From positions 243,104,001 to 243,168,000 of the forward strand of contig NC_086097.1 in NCBI RefSeq assembly GCF_963921235.1: 64,000 bases of DNA, given 5' to 3'. Both the position numbers and the translations under genes were made by a program. This document shows, in pieces, positions 49,695-60,186 of the stretch. The stretch is from Mobula hypostoma (lineage: Eukaryota). Numbering within the stretch: position 1 is the first letter of the stretch; each line of letters starts with the position of its first letter. A model generated the notes under the pieces. The model was not told where the DNA came from and searched no databases. It worked only from the letters and a program-made list of their open reading frames with translations.

Positions 49695-50567
49695 TGTGAC
49701 GGGGTCCTGAATTACCCCTATGAACTGTGCTGGATTACCCCTATGAACTGTGCTGGATTACCCCTACGAATTGTGCTTTTGAAAAGAGAGAGAGAGAGAG
49801 TTATTTAACACCGACATGTTATTTTGAAAGAGAGAGAGAGATGAAGACTGCTCACAGGTTGTTTATATTTTCTTCAAGGATATTTGCCTGCTCATACATT
49901 TCTTACACAGACAAAGGAAGGAGGAGTTATTTGAGTGACAGTTGATGCTCGGCACAGGAAGATAAAACAGAAGGTCAGATGATAGAACTCAGGCACATAT
50001 TTTGGACACTAAATGAGCTTTGTTGTGCCCGCAGGAAAAGTGGGTTTTTGGGAGGATCGACCAGGCAGATTGATCAGTGGCTCTTGCAGTGAAAAGAAAA
50101 GGCAGTGACCAGTGGGGAGTTGTCCATGTGTCCACCCTTGCCTGGGTGATAGCTCCACCACAGAAAAATGGTCCCCTTTGTTGTGGTCACTGTCGGTGAC
50201 TTTTAAAGGATTTCGGAGGACAACGAGAAGATTGATGACGTCAGCTCACCTGAAGACAAATCTCTCCCTCTCTCTCTATCACTACTCAACTCAATACCAC
50301 GAACTGAACTGAACTGAACTTTACTCATCATTGTAAGGCTGTATCTTTTTACCCCTAGACGTAAAGAAGCTTGGTTTTTCATATATATTTCCACACTTAC
50401 TGATTTACTTACTTATATATAATCATTGCTAACCTGTTTGATTTATCTACATTTATATTACTGAATTGCATAGTTACTGATAAATATTATTAATTAATAG
50501 CAATATTGGACTCCAAAGTGTTTTCCATTTCTGCTGGTTCTTTATTCCCGTCACGGGGTACGTGACA
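49695..50567 (+). repeat. 3' LTR (preceded by polypurine tract AGAAAGGGGG at 49685-94)
   Basis: Direct repeat of the 5' LTR. Confidence 0.95.
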
Positions 50568-51029
50568 CCATCAATTTCCCTAACTTCCAGTAATCTCTCC
50601 CCACTCCCCCCTCCCTTTTTAAATTCCCCATTCTGTCTCCCCACATACCACTTCTCTTCTCCTTACCTTTTTTGGTGCTCCTCCTCCTTCCCTATGTCTC
50701 TGCCTATCCTCCTTCTTCAGGCCTGCACTTTTTCCACCTATCACACCCAGCTTCTCACTTCATCACCCTCTCCACCCACTTACCTTTCCTCTCACCTGGT
50801 GTCACCTTTCACCCTCCAGCTTTTACTCCTTCCCCTTCTTATTCTGGCTTCTTCCGAGTTCCTTTCCAGTTCTCATGAAGGGTCTTAAGCCTGAAATGCA
50901 ACTCTTTATTCCTCTCCATAAATGCGACCTCACCTGCTCAGTTCCTCCAGCATTTTGTGACAGCTGTTCTGGATTTCCAGCATCAGCATTTTCTCGTGTA
51001 TGTAATAGATTAGTCATGCATGACTTTCT

Positions 51030-51745
51030 TCTACCAAAGCAAGGATGTAAAGCTGAAGCTTTGTAAGGCATTGCTCAGACCGCCCTTGGAGTATTGTGAG
51101 TGGTTTTGGGCCCCTTATCTAAGAAAAGATGTGCTGGCATTGGAGTGGGTTCAGAGGAGGTTCATGCGACTGATTCTGGGAATGAAAGGGTTAACAGCTG
51201 AGAAGTGTTTGCTATCTGTGCGTCTGTACTCACTGGAATTTAGAAGAAAGAGGGTGTTTCTAATTGAAACCTATCAAATATTGAAAGGACTAGATAGGAC
51301 CACGTCCACTCTATCTAGTACTTTCAATATTCGATAGGTTTCAATAAGATTCCACCTCATTCTTCTAAATTTCCCACGAGTACAGGGGCCGAGTTACCAA
51401 ATGTTCCTCATACATTAACCCTTTCATTCCCAGAATCATACAGTGGGTGAGTTTAGGACAAGAGGGCAGAACTTCTGAATAGAGGGACATCATTTAGAAC
51501 AGGGATGAGGAGGAATTTCTTTAGCCAGAGGATAGTGAATCTGTGGAATTCATTGCCACAGATGGCTGTGGAGGCTAAGTCTTTAGGTATATTTAAATCA
51601 GAGTTTGAGAGGTTCTTGATTAGTCAGGGTGTCACTGGTTACGGAAAGAAGGTAGAGGAATGATGTTGGGAGGGATAATAAATCAGCTGAACAGACTCGA
51701 TGGGCTGAATGGCCTAATTCTGTCCTATGTCTTATGGTCTATGGT
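51030..51745 (+). mobile_element. CR1 3' fragment with an internal fold-back
   Basis: RPPLEYCEWFWAP (51020..51337). 51311-51438 is the reverse complement of 51171-51298. Confidence 0.82.
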
Positions 51746-51866
51746 CAAATAACATTTTGCTCAGTGTCAGCGAAACAAAGGACATGGTATTCAACTTCAG
51801 GAGAACTCTTACCTCTCACTGACTTGTGCTTTAAGATGTCGCTACTAAAGGAGGATGACAACTTAC

Positions 51867-51920
51867 CAGTGGTTCCCAAGACAAGAAATACAACTAAATA
51901 CTTCATTAATAACACTTTTT
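51867..51920 (-). CDS. Candidate leader exon encoding a signal-peptide-like start (MKYLVVFLVLGTT-G, phase 1; ATG at 51906)
   Basis: Acceptor tacttttacAG and donor G|GTAAGT. Basic residue followed by a hydrophobic core. The exon itself is not recognisably repeat-derived. Confidence 0.5.
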
Positions 51921-52169
51921 CTGTAAAAGTATTATGGTAAATGATTACTGCAAGAAATGAAGAGGCGAGGGCAGGCGAGGATGACTTGAAGGTTGAAGTG
52001 TGTGGGTGCAATGCAAAAGTCGAGACATGGTCGAGACAGAGACCAGGCATGCGAGGCAGAGAAACGTCAGAGTGAAGGAGATTCAGAGTCTGTCCACCTA
52101 AACCAAGAGTGAGATCTGATCAATCTATGTGTTGGCCCAATTTGAAAAGGTTGGGTATGGGCCAGAACG

Positions 52170-52992
52170 TTGACGATCAACACTGGCACACCTCAGAGGT
52201 GTGTGCTTAGCCCACTGCTCTACTCTCTATATACACATGACTGTGTGGCGAGGCATAGCTCAAATACCTTCTATAAATTTGTTGACAATACAACCATTGT
52301 TGGTAGAATCTCAGGTGGTGATGAGATGGCGTATAGGAGTGAGATATGCCAACTAGTGGAGTGGTGCCGTAACAACAACCTGGCATTCAACACCAGTAAG
52401 ACAAAAGAGCTGATTGTGGACTTCAGGAAGGTTAAGACAAAGAAACACATACCAATCCTCATAGAGGGATCAGAAGTGGAGAGAGTGAGCATCTTCAAGT
52501 TCCTATGTTTCTATGTTTCCTGGGTGTCAAACCTCTGAGGATCTAACCAGGACTCAACATATCGATGTTGTTATAAAGAAGGCAAGACAGTGGCTATACT
52601 TTATTAGGAGTTTGAGGAGACTTGGCATGTCAACAAATACACTCAAAAACTTATGTAGTTGTATCGTGGAGAGCATTCTGACAGGTATGTCACGTATGCC
52701 TGGTACGGAAGGGCTACTGCACAGGACTGAAAGAAACTGCAGAAGGTTGTAAATCTAGTCAGCTTCATCTTGGGTACCAGGCTGAAAAGTACCCAGGACA
52801 TCTCAGGGAGCGAGGTCTCAGAAAAATAGCGCCCATTATTAAGGACTCCAGCACCCAGGGCATGCCCTTTTCTCACTGTTACCATCAGGTAGGAGGTACA
52901 GAAGCCTGATGGCACACACTCAGCAATTCAGGAACAGCTTTTTCCCCCTCTGCTGTCCGATTCCTAAATGAACATTGAATCTTTGGACACTA
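52170..52992 (+). mobile_element. Rex1/Babar-type LINE RT and C-terminus (3' UTR continues at ~53309-53334, 55142-55200 and 55660-55805)
   Basis: NTGTPQRCVLSPLLYSLYTHDC...KFVDNTTIVG...KTKELIVDFRK. Confidence 0.88.
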
Positions 52993-53308
52993 TTTTAAGG
53001 CATCCGTTAGTCTTGCGAGACCATGGATCTGCACCTGGAAAGTTTTCGCTCTCGGGGGCACAGGCCTGGGCAAGGTTGTATGGAAGACCGGCAGTTGCCC
53101 ATTCTGCAAGTCTCCCCTCTCCACGACACCAATGTTGTCCAAGGGAAGGGCACTAGGGCCAATACTACTTGGCACCGGTGTCGTCACAGAGCACTGTATG
53201 GTTAAGTGCCTTGCTCAAGGACACAACACACTGCCTCGTCTGGGGCTTGAACTCACGACCTTCAGGTCGCTAGTCCAATGCCTTAACCACTTGGCCACGT
53301 GCCCACGT
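52993..53308 (-). mobile_element. tRNA-derived SINE with CORE-like middle and RTE-like 3' end
   Basis: A box TGGCCAAGTGG and B box GAGTTCAAGCC. 7-bp TSD GACACTA. Second copy at 57261-57570 (+). Confidence 0.82.
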
Positions 53309-53334
53309 GACACTACCTCACTTTTTTCAATATT

Positions 53335-55141
53335 CAGTGGCATGCAAAGGTTTGGGCTCCCCGGTCAGAATTTCTGTTACTGTGAATAGTTAAGTGAGTA
53401 GAAGATGAACTGATCTCCAAAAGTCATAAAGTTAAAGATGAAACATTCTTTTCAACAATTTATGCAACATTGGTGTGTTAGTTTTGTTTTGTACAATTTT
53501 AGAGTGAAAAAAAGGAAAGGAGCATCATGCAAAAGTTTGGGCACCCCAAGAGATTTGAGCTCTCAGATAACTTTTACCAAGGTCTCAGACCTTAATTAGC
53601 TTGTTGGGCTATGGCTTATTCACAATCATTGTTAGGAAAGACCAGGTTATGCAAATTTCAAAGCTTTATAAATACCCTGACTCCCCAAACCTTGTCCCAA
53701 CAATCAGCAGCCATGGGCTCCTCTGTGCAGCTGCCTAGCACTCTGAAAATTAAAATAATTTTCCCACAAAGCAGGAGAAGGCTATAAGAAGATAGCAAAG
53801 TGTTTTCAAGTAGCTGTTTCCTCAGTTCATAATGTAATTAAGAAATGGCAGTTAACAGTAACAGTGGAGGTCAAGTTGAGGTCTGGAAGACAAAGAAAAC
53901 TTTCCGAGAGAACTGCTCATAGGGTTGCTGGAAAGGCAAATCAAAACCCCTGTTTGACTACAAAAGACCTTCAGGGAGATTTAGCAGACTCTGGAGTGGT
54001 AGTGCTCTGTTCTACTGTGCAGCAACACCTGCACAAATATGACCTTCATGGAAGAGTCATCAGAAGAAAAGCTTTCCTGCATCCTCACCACAAAATTCAG
54101 TGTCAGAAGTTTGCAAAGGAACATCTAAACAAGCCTGATGCATTTTGGAAACAAGTCCTGTGGACTGATGAAGTTAAAATAGGACTTTTCGGCCGCAATG
54201 AGCAAAGGTACTGTATGTTTGGAGAAAAAGGGGTGCAGGATTTCATGAAAAGAACACCTCTCCAACTGTTAAGCATGGGGGTGGATCGATCATGCTTTGG
54301 ACTTGTGTTGCAGCCAGTGGCACGGGGAACATTTCACTGGTAGAGGGAAGAATGAATTTAATTAAATACCAGCAAATTCTGGAAGCAAAGATTACACTGT
54401 CTGTAAAAAAGCTGAAGATGAAAAGAGGATGGCTTCTACAATAGGATGATGAACCTAAGCAGACCTCAAAATCCACAATGGACTACCTCAAGAGGTACAA
54501 GCTGAAGGTGAAAAGAGGATGGCTTTTACAACAGGATAATGATTCTAAGCAGACCTCAAAATCCACAATGGACTACCTCAAGAGGCACAAGCTGAAGGTG
54601 AAAAGAGGATGGCTTTTACAACAGGATAATGATTCTAAGCAGACCTCAAAATCCACAATGGACTACCTCAAGAGGCACAAGCTGAAGGTTATTCTATGGC
54701 CCTCACAGTCCCCCTGACCTAAACATCATCGAAAATCTGTGGATAGACCTCAAAAGAGCGGTTCATGCAAGGTGGCCCAAGAATCTCACAGAACTAGAAG
54801 CCTTTTGCAAGGAAGAATGGGTGAAAATCCCCCAAATAAGAAATGAAAGACTCCCAGCTGGCTACAGAAAGTGTTTACAAGCTGTGATACATGCTTAAGG
54901 CGGTGTTACTAAGTACTGACCATGCAGGGTGCCCAAATTTTTGCTTCGGGCCCTTTTCCTTTTTTGTTATTTTGAAACTGTAAAAGATGGAAATTAAAAA
55001 GTAATCTTGCTTAAAATATTAAAGAAATGTGTCATCTTTAATCTTATCATGCCTTTTGGAAAACAGTTCATCTTTTACTCGCTCAGCTATTCACAGTAAC
55101 AGAAATTTTGACCGGGGTGCCCAAACTTTTGCATGCCACTG
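53335..55141 (+). mobile_element. Tc1-family DD34E transposon with long TIRs; pseudogenised transposase ~53713-54918
   Basis: TIRs CAGTGGCATGCAAA...CAGTTTC-type ends (left CAGTGGCATGCAAA, right TTTGCATGCCACTG then TA). GRQRK, VLWTDE, QQDND and WPSQSP-DLNIIE motifs, with 34 residues between the last D and E. Confidence 0.93.
54411..54680 (+). repeat. 90-bp tandem triplication inside the Tc1 transposase
   Basis: Units start at 54411, 54501 and 54591. Units 2 and 3 are identical. Confidence 0.95.
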
Positions 55142-55200
55142 TATAGTATTTCTGTTTTTGCACAGTTTCTAAATCTATTCAATATACGTATACTGTATAT

Positions 55201-55660
55201 GCCTGTCCTCCCCTTCTTACCTCATCCCTATCTATCTATCTATCTATCTATTTATTTATTTATTTATTATTCATTCATTTTTCTCTCTTTCCCTCTCACA
55301 ATAACTTCTTGCCTGTTCTTCATCTTCCTCTGGTGCTCCCCTCCCCCTTTCTTTCTTCCAAGGCCTTCTGTCCCATGATACTCCCCCTTCTCCAGCCTTG
55401 TATCCCTTTTGCCAATCTATTTCCCAGCTCTTGGCTTCACCCCTCCACCTCCTGTTTTCTCCTATCATTTCGGGTATCTCCCTCCCTCTCCCACTTTCAG
55501 ATAACTTACTATCTCTTCTCCATTGGTCCTGAAGAAGGGACTCGACCCGAAATGTCGACTGTACTTCTTCCTATAGATGCTGCCTGGCCTGCTGCGTCCA
55601 CCAGCATTTTGTGTGTGTTGCTTGAATTTCCAGCATCTGCAGATTTTCTCGTGTTTATGT
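55201..55660 (+). mobile_element. Penelope pseudo-LTR/tail remnant
   Basis: Pyrimidine-rich tail and hammerhead-like motif. Homologous to 26220-26690, 50568-51005, 59940-60095 and 61830-62220. Confidence 0.75.
55524..55561 (+). ncRNA. Minimal type-I hammerhead ribozyme motif (Penelope-associated)
   Basis: TGGTC-CTGAAGA-AGGG-actcga-CCC-GAAA-T-GTC-GACTG: CUGANGA and GAAA cores, stem II GGG/CCC, GUC triplet, stem I. Confidence 0.6.
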
Positions 55661-55980
55661 ATATTGTAATTGATTAACTTGTTTATTTTTTAAAAATTTA
55701 TTTATTATTTTTTTCTCTGCTAGATTATGTATTGCATTGAACTGCAGCTGCTAAGTTAACAAATTTCACGTCACATGCTGGTGATAATAAGCCTGATTCT
55801 GACATGGTGGCGAGATCCAGGCCCAGAGCATATTGATGCATCAGGTCCTGGGTTCTAGAGCGAGCACTGACCCGATGTTCGGATGATTTAAATGCTGGCC
55901 GGGTGGATTGAAAGGCAGGTTGCCAGGACTGGAGGTGAAAGTTGAGTTGCTTCTGTTCATGTTCCATGATGTTCGACGGG

Positions 55981-56632
55981 GAGGGGAGGAGAAGATGGCG
56001 GCGCGACGCAGCACGTGCAGCCGCTCCGAAATGATATCAGTATTTGTAAGTAGGTACCGTGCACAATCCTGATTTGATGGAGACAGACGTGAGAAGCACG
56101 GAGGAACATTTGGAGAAACTTCTGAAATGCCTGCTTCGTTGCCGCTGCTACTGTGCAATCGAGAATCTCTGGAGGGGAAGGCCCCAAATCCTCGGCTTTG
56201 CCTATTGCCTGTTGCCGGGGCCGGGGTCGAAGCGCTCAGCAGAGATGGTGCTCGACGCTCGGTGTCTGAGGGCTGGTCGGAGGCTCAAAGTTTTTGGACA
56301 GACCCAAAAGGCGGCTGTGGTCGGTTGCTTCCAGGGTGCTGCATTGGCAAGTTTGCGGCACTGGAAGTTCATGGCAAAGAGAGTTTCTCCCTTCTACAGT
56401 CTGCATGAGATGATGGGACTTTCGAGAGACTTTGAGACTTTTTTTTTACCGTGCCCATGGTCTGTTCTTTATCAAATTACAGTATTGTTTTGCACTGTTG
56501 AAACTATATGTTATAATTATGTGGTTTTTGTCATTTTTTTTAGTCTTGGTTTGTCTTATGTTTCTGTGATATCATATTGGAGGAACATTGTATCATTTCA
56601 TAATGCATGCATTACTAAATGACAATAAAGGG
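55981..56632 (+). mobile_element. Second copy of the ~660-bp SINE-like element
   Basis: Collinear with the reverse complement of 9139-9803. Confidence 0.82.
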
Positions 56633-57260
56633 CTGAGGCTGTTTGCCTGCTCTAGCTGGTCCGGACTCCGTGTCTGCCGGCTCCATGACGTTTTGCTCTG
56701 CTGTGTGATGAACTGAAGCTGAGGCTGTGGGCTTCCATGGACTCACCTTTATTCTGAATGCTGTTGTTTGCTTGCACGATTTGTGTTTCTTTGTTCACTC
56801 TGTGCATTCGGTGTTTGTTAGTCTTTTTTTTGATGGTTCTTTTGGGTTTCTTGTGGCTACCTGTAAAGAGACAAATCTCAACGTCGTATAATGTATACAT
56901 ACTTTGATAATAAATGTACTTTCAACCACTCAGACCTCTCTTTGCTTCGGTGCCACAGCAGTGAAAACTGTGAGCAGTTTCAAACTCCTGGGAGTGTACA
57001 TTTCACACAACCTCTCATGGTCCCAGAACACATAACACCACAATCAGGAAAGCTCATCAACAACTCTACTTTCTGAGGAGGTTGAAGAGGGGCCGTGCAC
57101 ATCAATACTCAAGCTATTCTGCAGATGTGCAGCAAAGAACGGCCTAATATGCTGCATCACTGCATGGTATGGAAACTGCACTGTGGCGGACAGGAAGGCT
57201 GTACAACAGGTAATTAAGACTGCCCTACACATCACCAGCAACAGCCTAACCTTTATCAAG

Positions 57261-57570
57261 GGGGTATAGGCATGGCCAAGTGGTTAAGGCAGTGGTCTGG
57301 TAATCTGAAGGTCACTAGTTTGAGCCTTGGCTGAGGCAGCATGTTGTGTCCTTGAGCAAGGCACTTAACCACACATTGCTTTGTGATGACACCGGTGCCA
57401 AGCTGTATGGGTCCTAATGACACTCACTTGGACAATATCGGTGGCGTGGAGAGGGGAGACTTGCAGCATGGGTAACTGCCGGTATTCCATACAACCTTAG
57501 ACAGGCCTGTGCCCTGCAAATCTTCCAAGGCGCAAATCCATGGTCTCACGAGACTAATGGATGCCTATAT
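57261..57570 (+). mobile_element. tRNA-derived SINE (second copy) inside a Rex1-type fragment (56960-58020)
   Basis: Homologous to 52993-53308. Confidence 0.8.
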
Positions 57571-58907
57571 ATATACAGAAAGGAAGGTGCTGGAAAATGG
57601 CCAGTAATATCATGAAGGATCTCACCCATCCTGTTTCTGGACTGTTTCTCCCATTCCCATCAGGGAGGAAGCCGTGCTGCATTCATGCCAGAATGAACAG
57701 ACTCTAAATTGTTTATATTCCCCAAGCAGTAAGGCTGATCAACACCTCCACCCACTAACCCGTCCCTTCACAGCCCCTAACAAACACTACTTTATCATGT
57801 TCTGTCAGTTACCTTATGTTCAGACACCCCTGTCTCTAGCATCACTTTATGGACATTGGGTCAATTGATGGATATAATTGTATTTCTATTTATTATGTTT
57901 TTTTATTATTGGGTTCTTCATGTTATTGTGTGGTTTTTGGCACTGCATCAGATTTGGAGTAACAATAATTTTGTTCTCCTTTACACTCTGTACAGGAAAT
58001 GACATTAAACAATCTTGCATTTGGAAAGCTACACTTCAACTCACCCCACTGACTGCAATTTTGCCCTATCGTCTGCTTGTCCTATCTCACAGTCTCACTA
58101 CACTTTGCATATACTTGTATACCAACTGCCCCATCTTCAGCCCTATCACTCCAGTTCCCATTCCCCTGCCAAAGTAGTTTAGTCCCTCCACCGTCTTGTA
58201 TGTCCTTGGCCTTCTCCACTGCCAAAGTGAGGCCAAATGCAGAGTTGTAGATCAGCACATCACATTCTGCCAGATAGCGTTGACTTAGGATCTAACTTCC
58301 AATATCAGAGATCCCCGCCACCCAGGCCATGCTCTTTTCTCGCTGCTGTCATCAGGAAGGTCCAAGAGCCTCTGGACCTGCACCAACAGATTCGAGTACA
58401 GTTACTACCCCTCAACCATCAGGCTCTTGAACCAAAGGGTAACTACACTCACTTACCCACCATTGCCTTGAGATGTTCCCCCAACCATAGGTCTCACATG
58501 AAGGACTCTTTATCTTGATATCTCATGTTCTTGTTATTTATTGCTATTTATCTATATTTGCATTTGCACAGATTGCTGTCTTCTGCGTTCTAGTTGATCT
58601 TTCATTGATCCTGTTATAGTTAGTATTCTATAGATTTTTGAGTATGCCTGCAGGAAAATGAGTCTCAGAGTTGTATATAGTGACATATTTGTACTTCGTT
58701 AATAAAATTTACCTTTAAATTGTTATTTTTCTTGCAGTTTAACTTACTTTATGCTTGCTTACATGCTTGTTTTATCACCTGTTTGACTGTGATGTTCAGT
58801 GGGTTTTCAGTAGTTTGTAGTATTGCTGGTTCTGTACTTCTGTACTTTGTCTGTGAGTCTGAGATATGATGACAATATAAATCAAAACTGTCCTTGTTGT
58901 CTCACAG

Positions 58908-58970
58908 GTTGCTCTTATTCCCTGATCTCGTCAGCTTGAACCAGTTTTCTGTAGAAAGAAAGACCACGAG
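58908..58970 (+). CDS. Candidate 63-bp internal coding exon of an unidentified host gene (LLLFPDLVSLNQFSVERKTT)
   Basis: Acceptor tccttgttgtctcacAG and donor GAG|GTAGGT. Length divisible by 3 with an open phase-2 frame, in non-repeat sequence. Confidence 0.5.
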
Positions 58971-59986
58971 GTAGGTTCTTTGTTAGAGTGAGTTGGCAAC
59001 AGTTGGAGTTTGTTAACCACTACTGTGCTTTACAGTTGTTTCTTTGGATTGTAAATCATCTAATAAATCCAAACTAAAAAATATAATTCTGTGTAAAAGT
59101 TTTAGGCATCCTATCGCTATACAGTACTGTATATGTGCCTATGTGTGGAACAGGCTTGATGGGCTGAATGGCCTAATTCTGCTTCTATGTCTTATGGTCT
59201 AACTTCACTCAACTGCATTTGTCCCACCACTGAAATATTCCCACCAAATATAGACTCACTTTCATGCTTTCTATATTGATTTCTTATTTATTAATTATTA
59301 TTATTATTTCTTTCTTTTTCATGCTTGCACAGTTTCTTGTCTTTTGCACACTGGTTGATTGCCCAAGTTGTTGAGGTCTTTCATTGATTCTATTATAGTT
59401 ATTATTCTATTATGATTTATTCAGTATGCTCGCAAAAAGTGAATCTCAGAGATGTATATGGTGACATATCTGTACTTCGATAATAAATTTACATTGAAAT
59501 TCAAACCTCTTATGTGTTGTGTGTGATATCTGTATTGTGAGTGCACCATAGACCAGAGGAATGTTGTTTCATTTGATCATAGATATGTATAGTCAGATCA
59601 GAATCAGAATCATGTTTATTATCACCGATATGTGATGTGAAATTTGTTAACTTAGCCGCAGCAGTTCAATGCAATACATAATGAGTTCTGTTCAGTTCTA
59701 ATTCTCCTGAATTTTAGTGTGTGTGAATCAGTCTTGCCTAATTTCTCTTCAGGGAATCTCCTCCTTATTCCAGGAAAATAGATATATTATCTCCACAGCA
59801 AATTCATTCTTCTGAAACTGAGGACAAGCGTACAGATAGTACACACATTGCAACCTTAATAAGCCTCAACAAAGTCTTTTTACTGTGTTTCTCCATTCCT
59901 GAAAAAACACATACCATTAGTTTTGAAATTTGTAATTTGTTCCCACCCCCCACTTGTTTTATTCTGGCATCTTCCCCCTTCCTTTT

Positions 59987-60023
59987 CAGTCCTGATGAAG
60001 GGTTTTGGCCTGAAACATTGACT
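59987..60023 (+). ncRNA. Minimal hammerhead ribozyme motif in a Penelope tail
   Basis: CAGTC-CTGATGA-AGGG-ttttgg-CCT-GAAAC-ATT-GACT. Confidence 0.55.
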
Positions 60024-60186
60024 CTTTATTCTGCTGCCTCCATCATTTTGTGTTCATTGCTCTGGATTTCCAGCATCTGCAGAATCTCTTGCATTCATGA
60101 TTTTCTGCTCCACTGCAAAACCTCTTCGACGTATGCCAGCACTGAAGAAGTTTAAATCTTATTTTCAATGGGAGTTCAGTGAGACC

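Larger units (their letters stand above)
44660..50567 (+). mobile_element. Gmr1-like Ty3/Gypsy provirus (gag, integrase, RT, RNase H order), degenerate
   Basis: Two LTRs, tRNA-Pro PBS and PPT. Integrase HHCC and DDE at 47262-48160 precede RT (48484-49088) and RNase H (49159-49560). Flanks CTAT/CCAT. Confidence 0.93.

Noticed and set aside
44660..50567. Endogenous gammaretrovirus (tRNA-Pro PBS) or Copia element (IN before RT)
   Set aside because: No env, and the RT/RNase H motifs are Ty3/Gypsy-type. The order fits Gmr1-like Gypsy.
53230..53308. tRNA gene (also 57261-57335)
   Set aside because: It is the tRNA-like head of a TSD-flanked SINE, with no complete cloverleaf or terminator.
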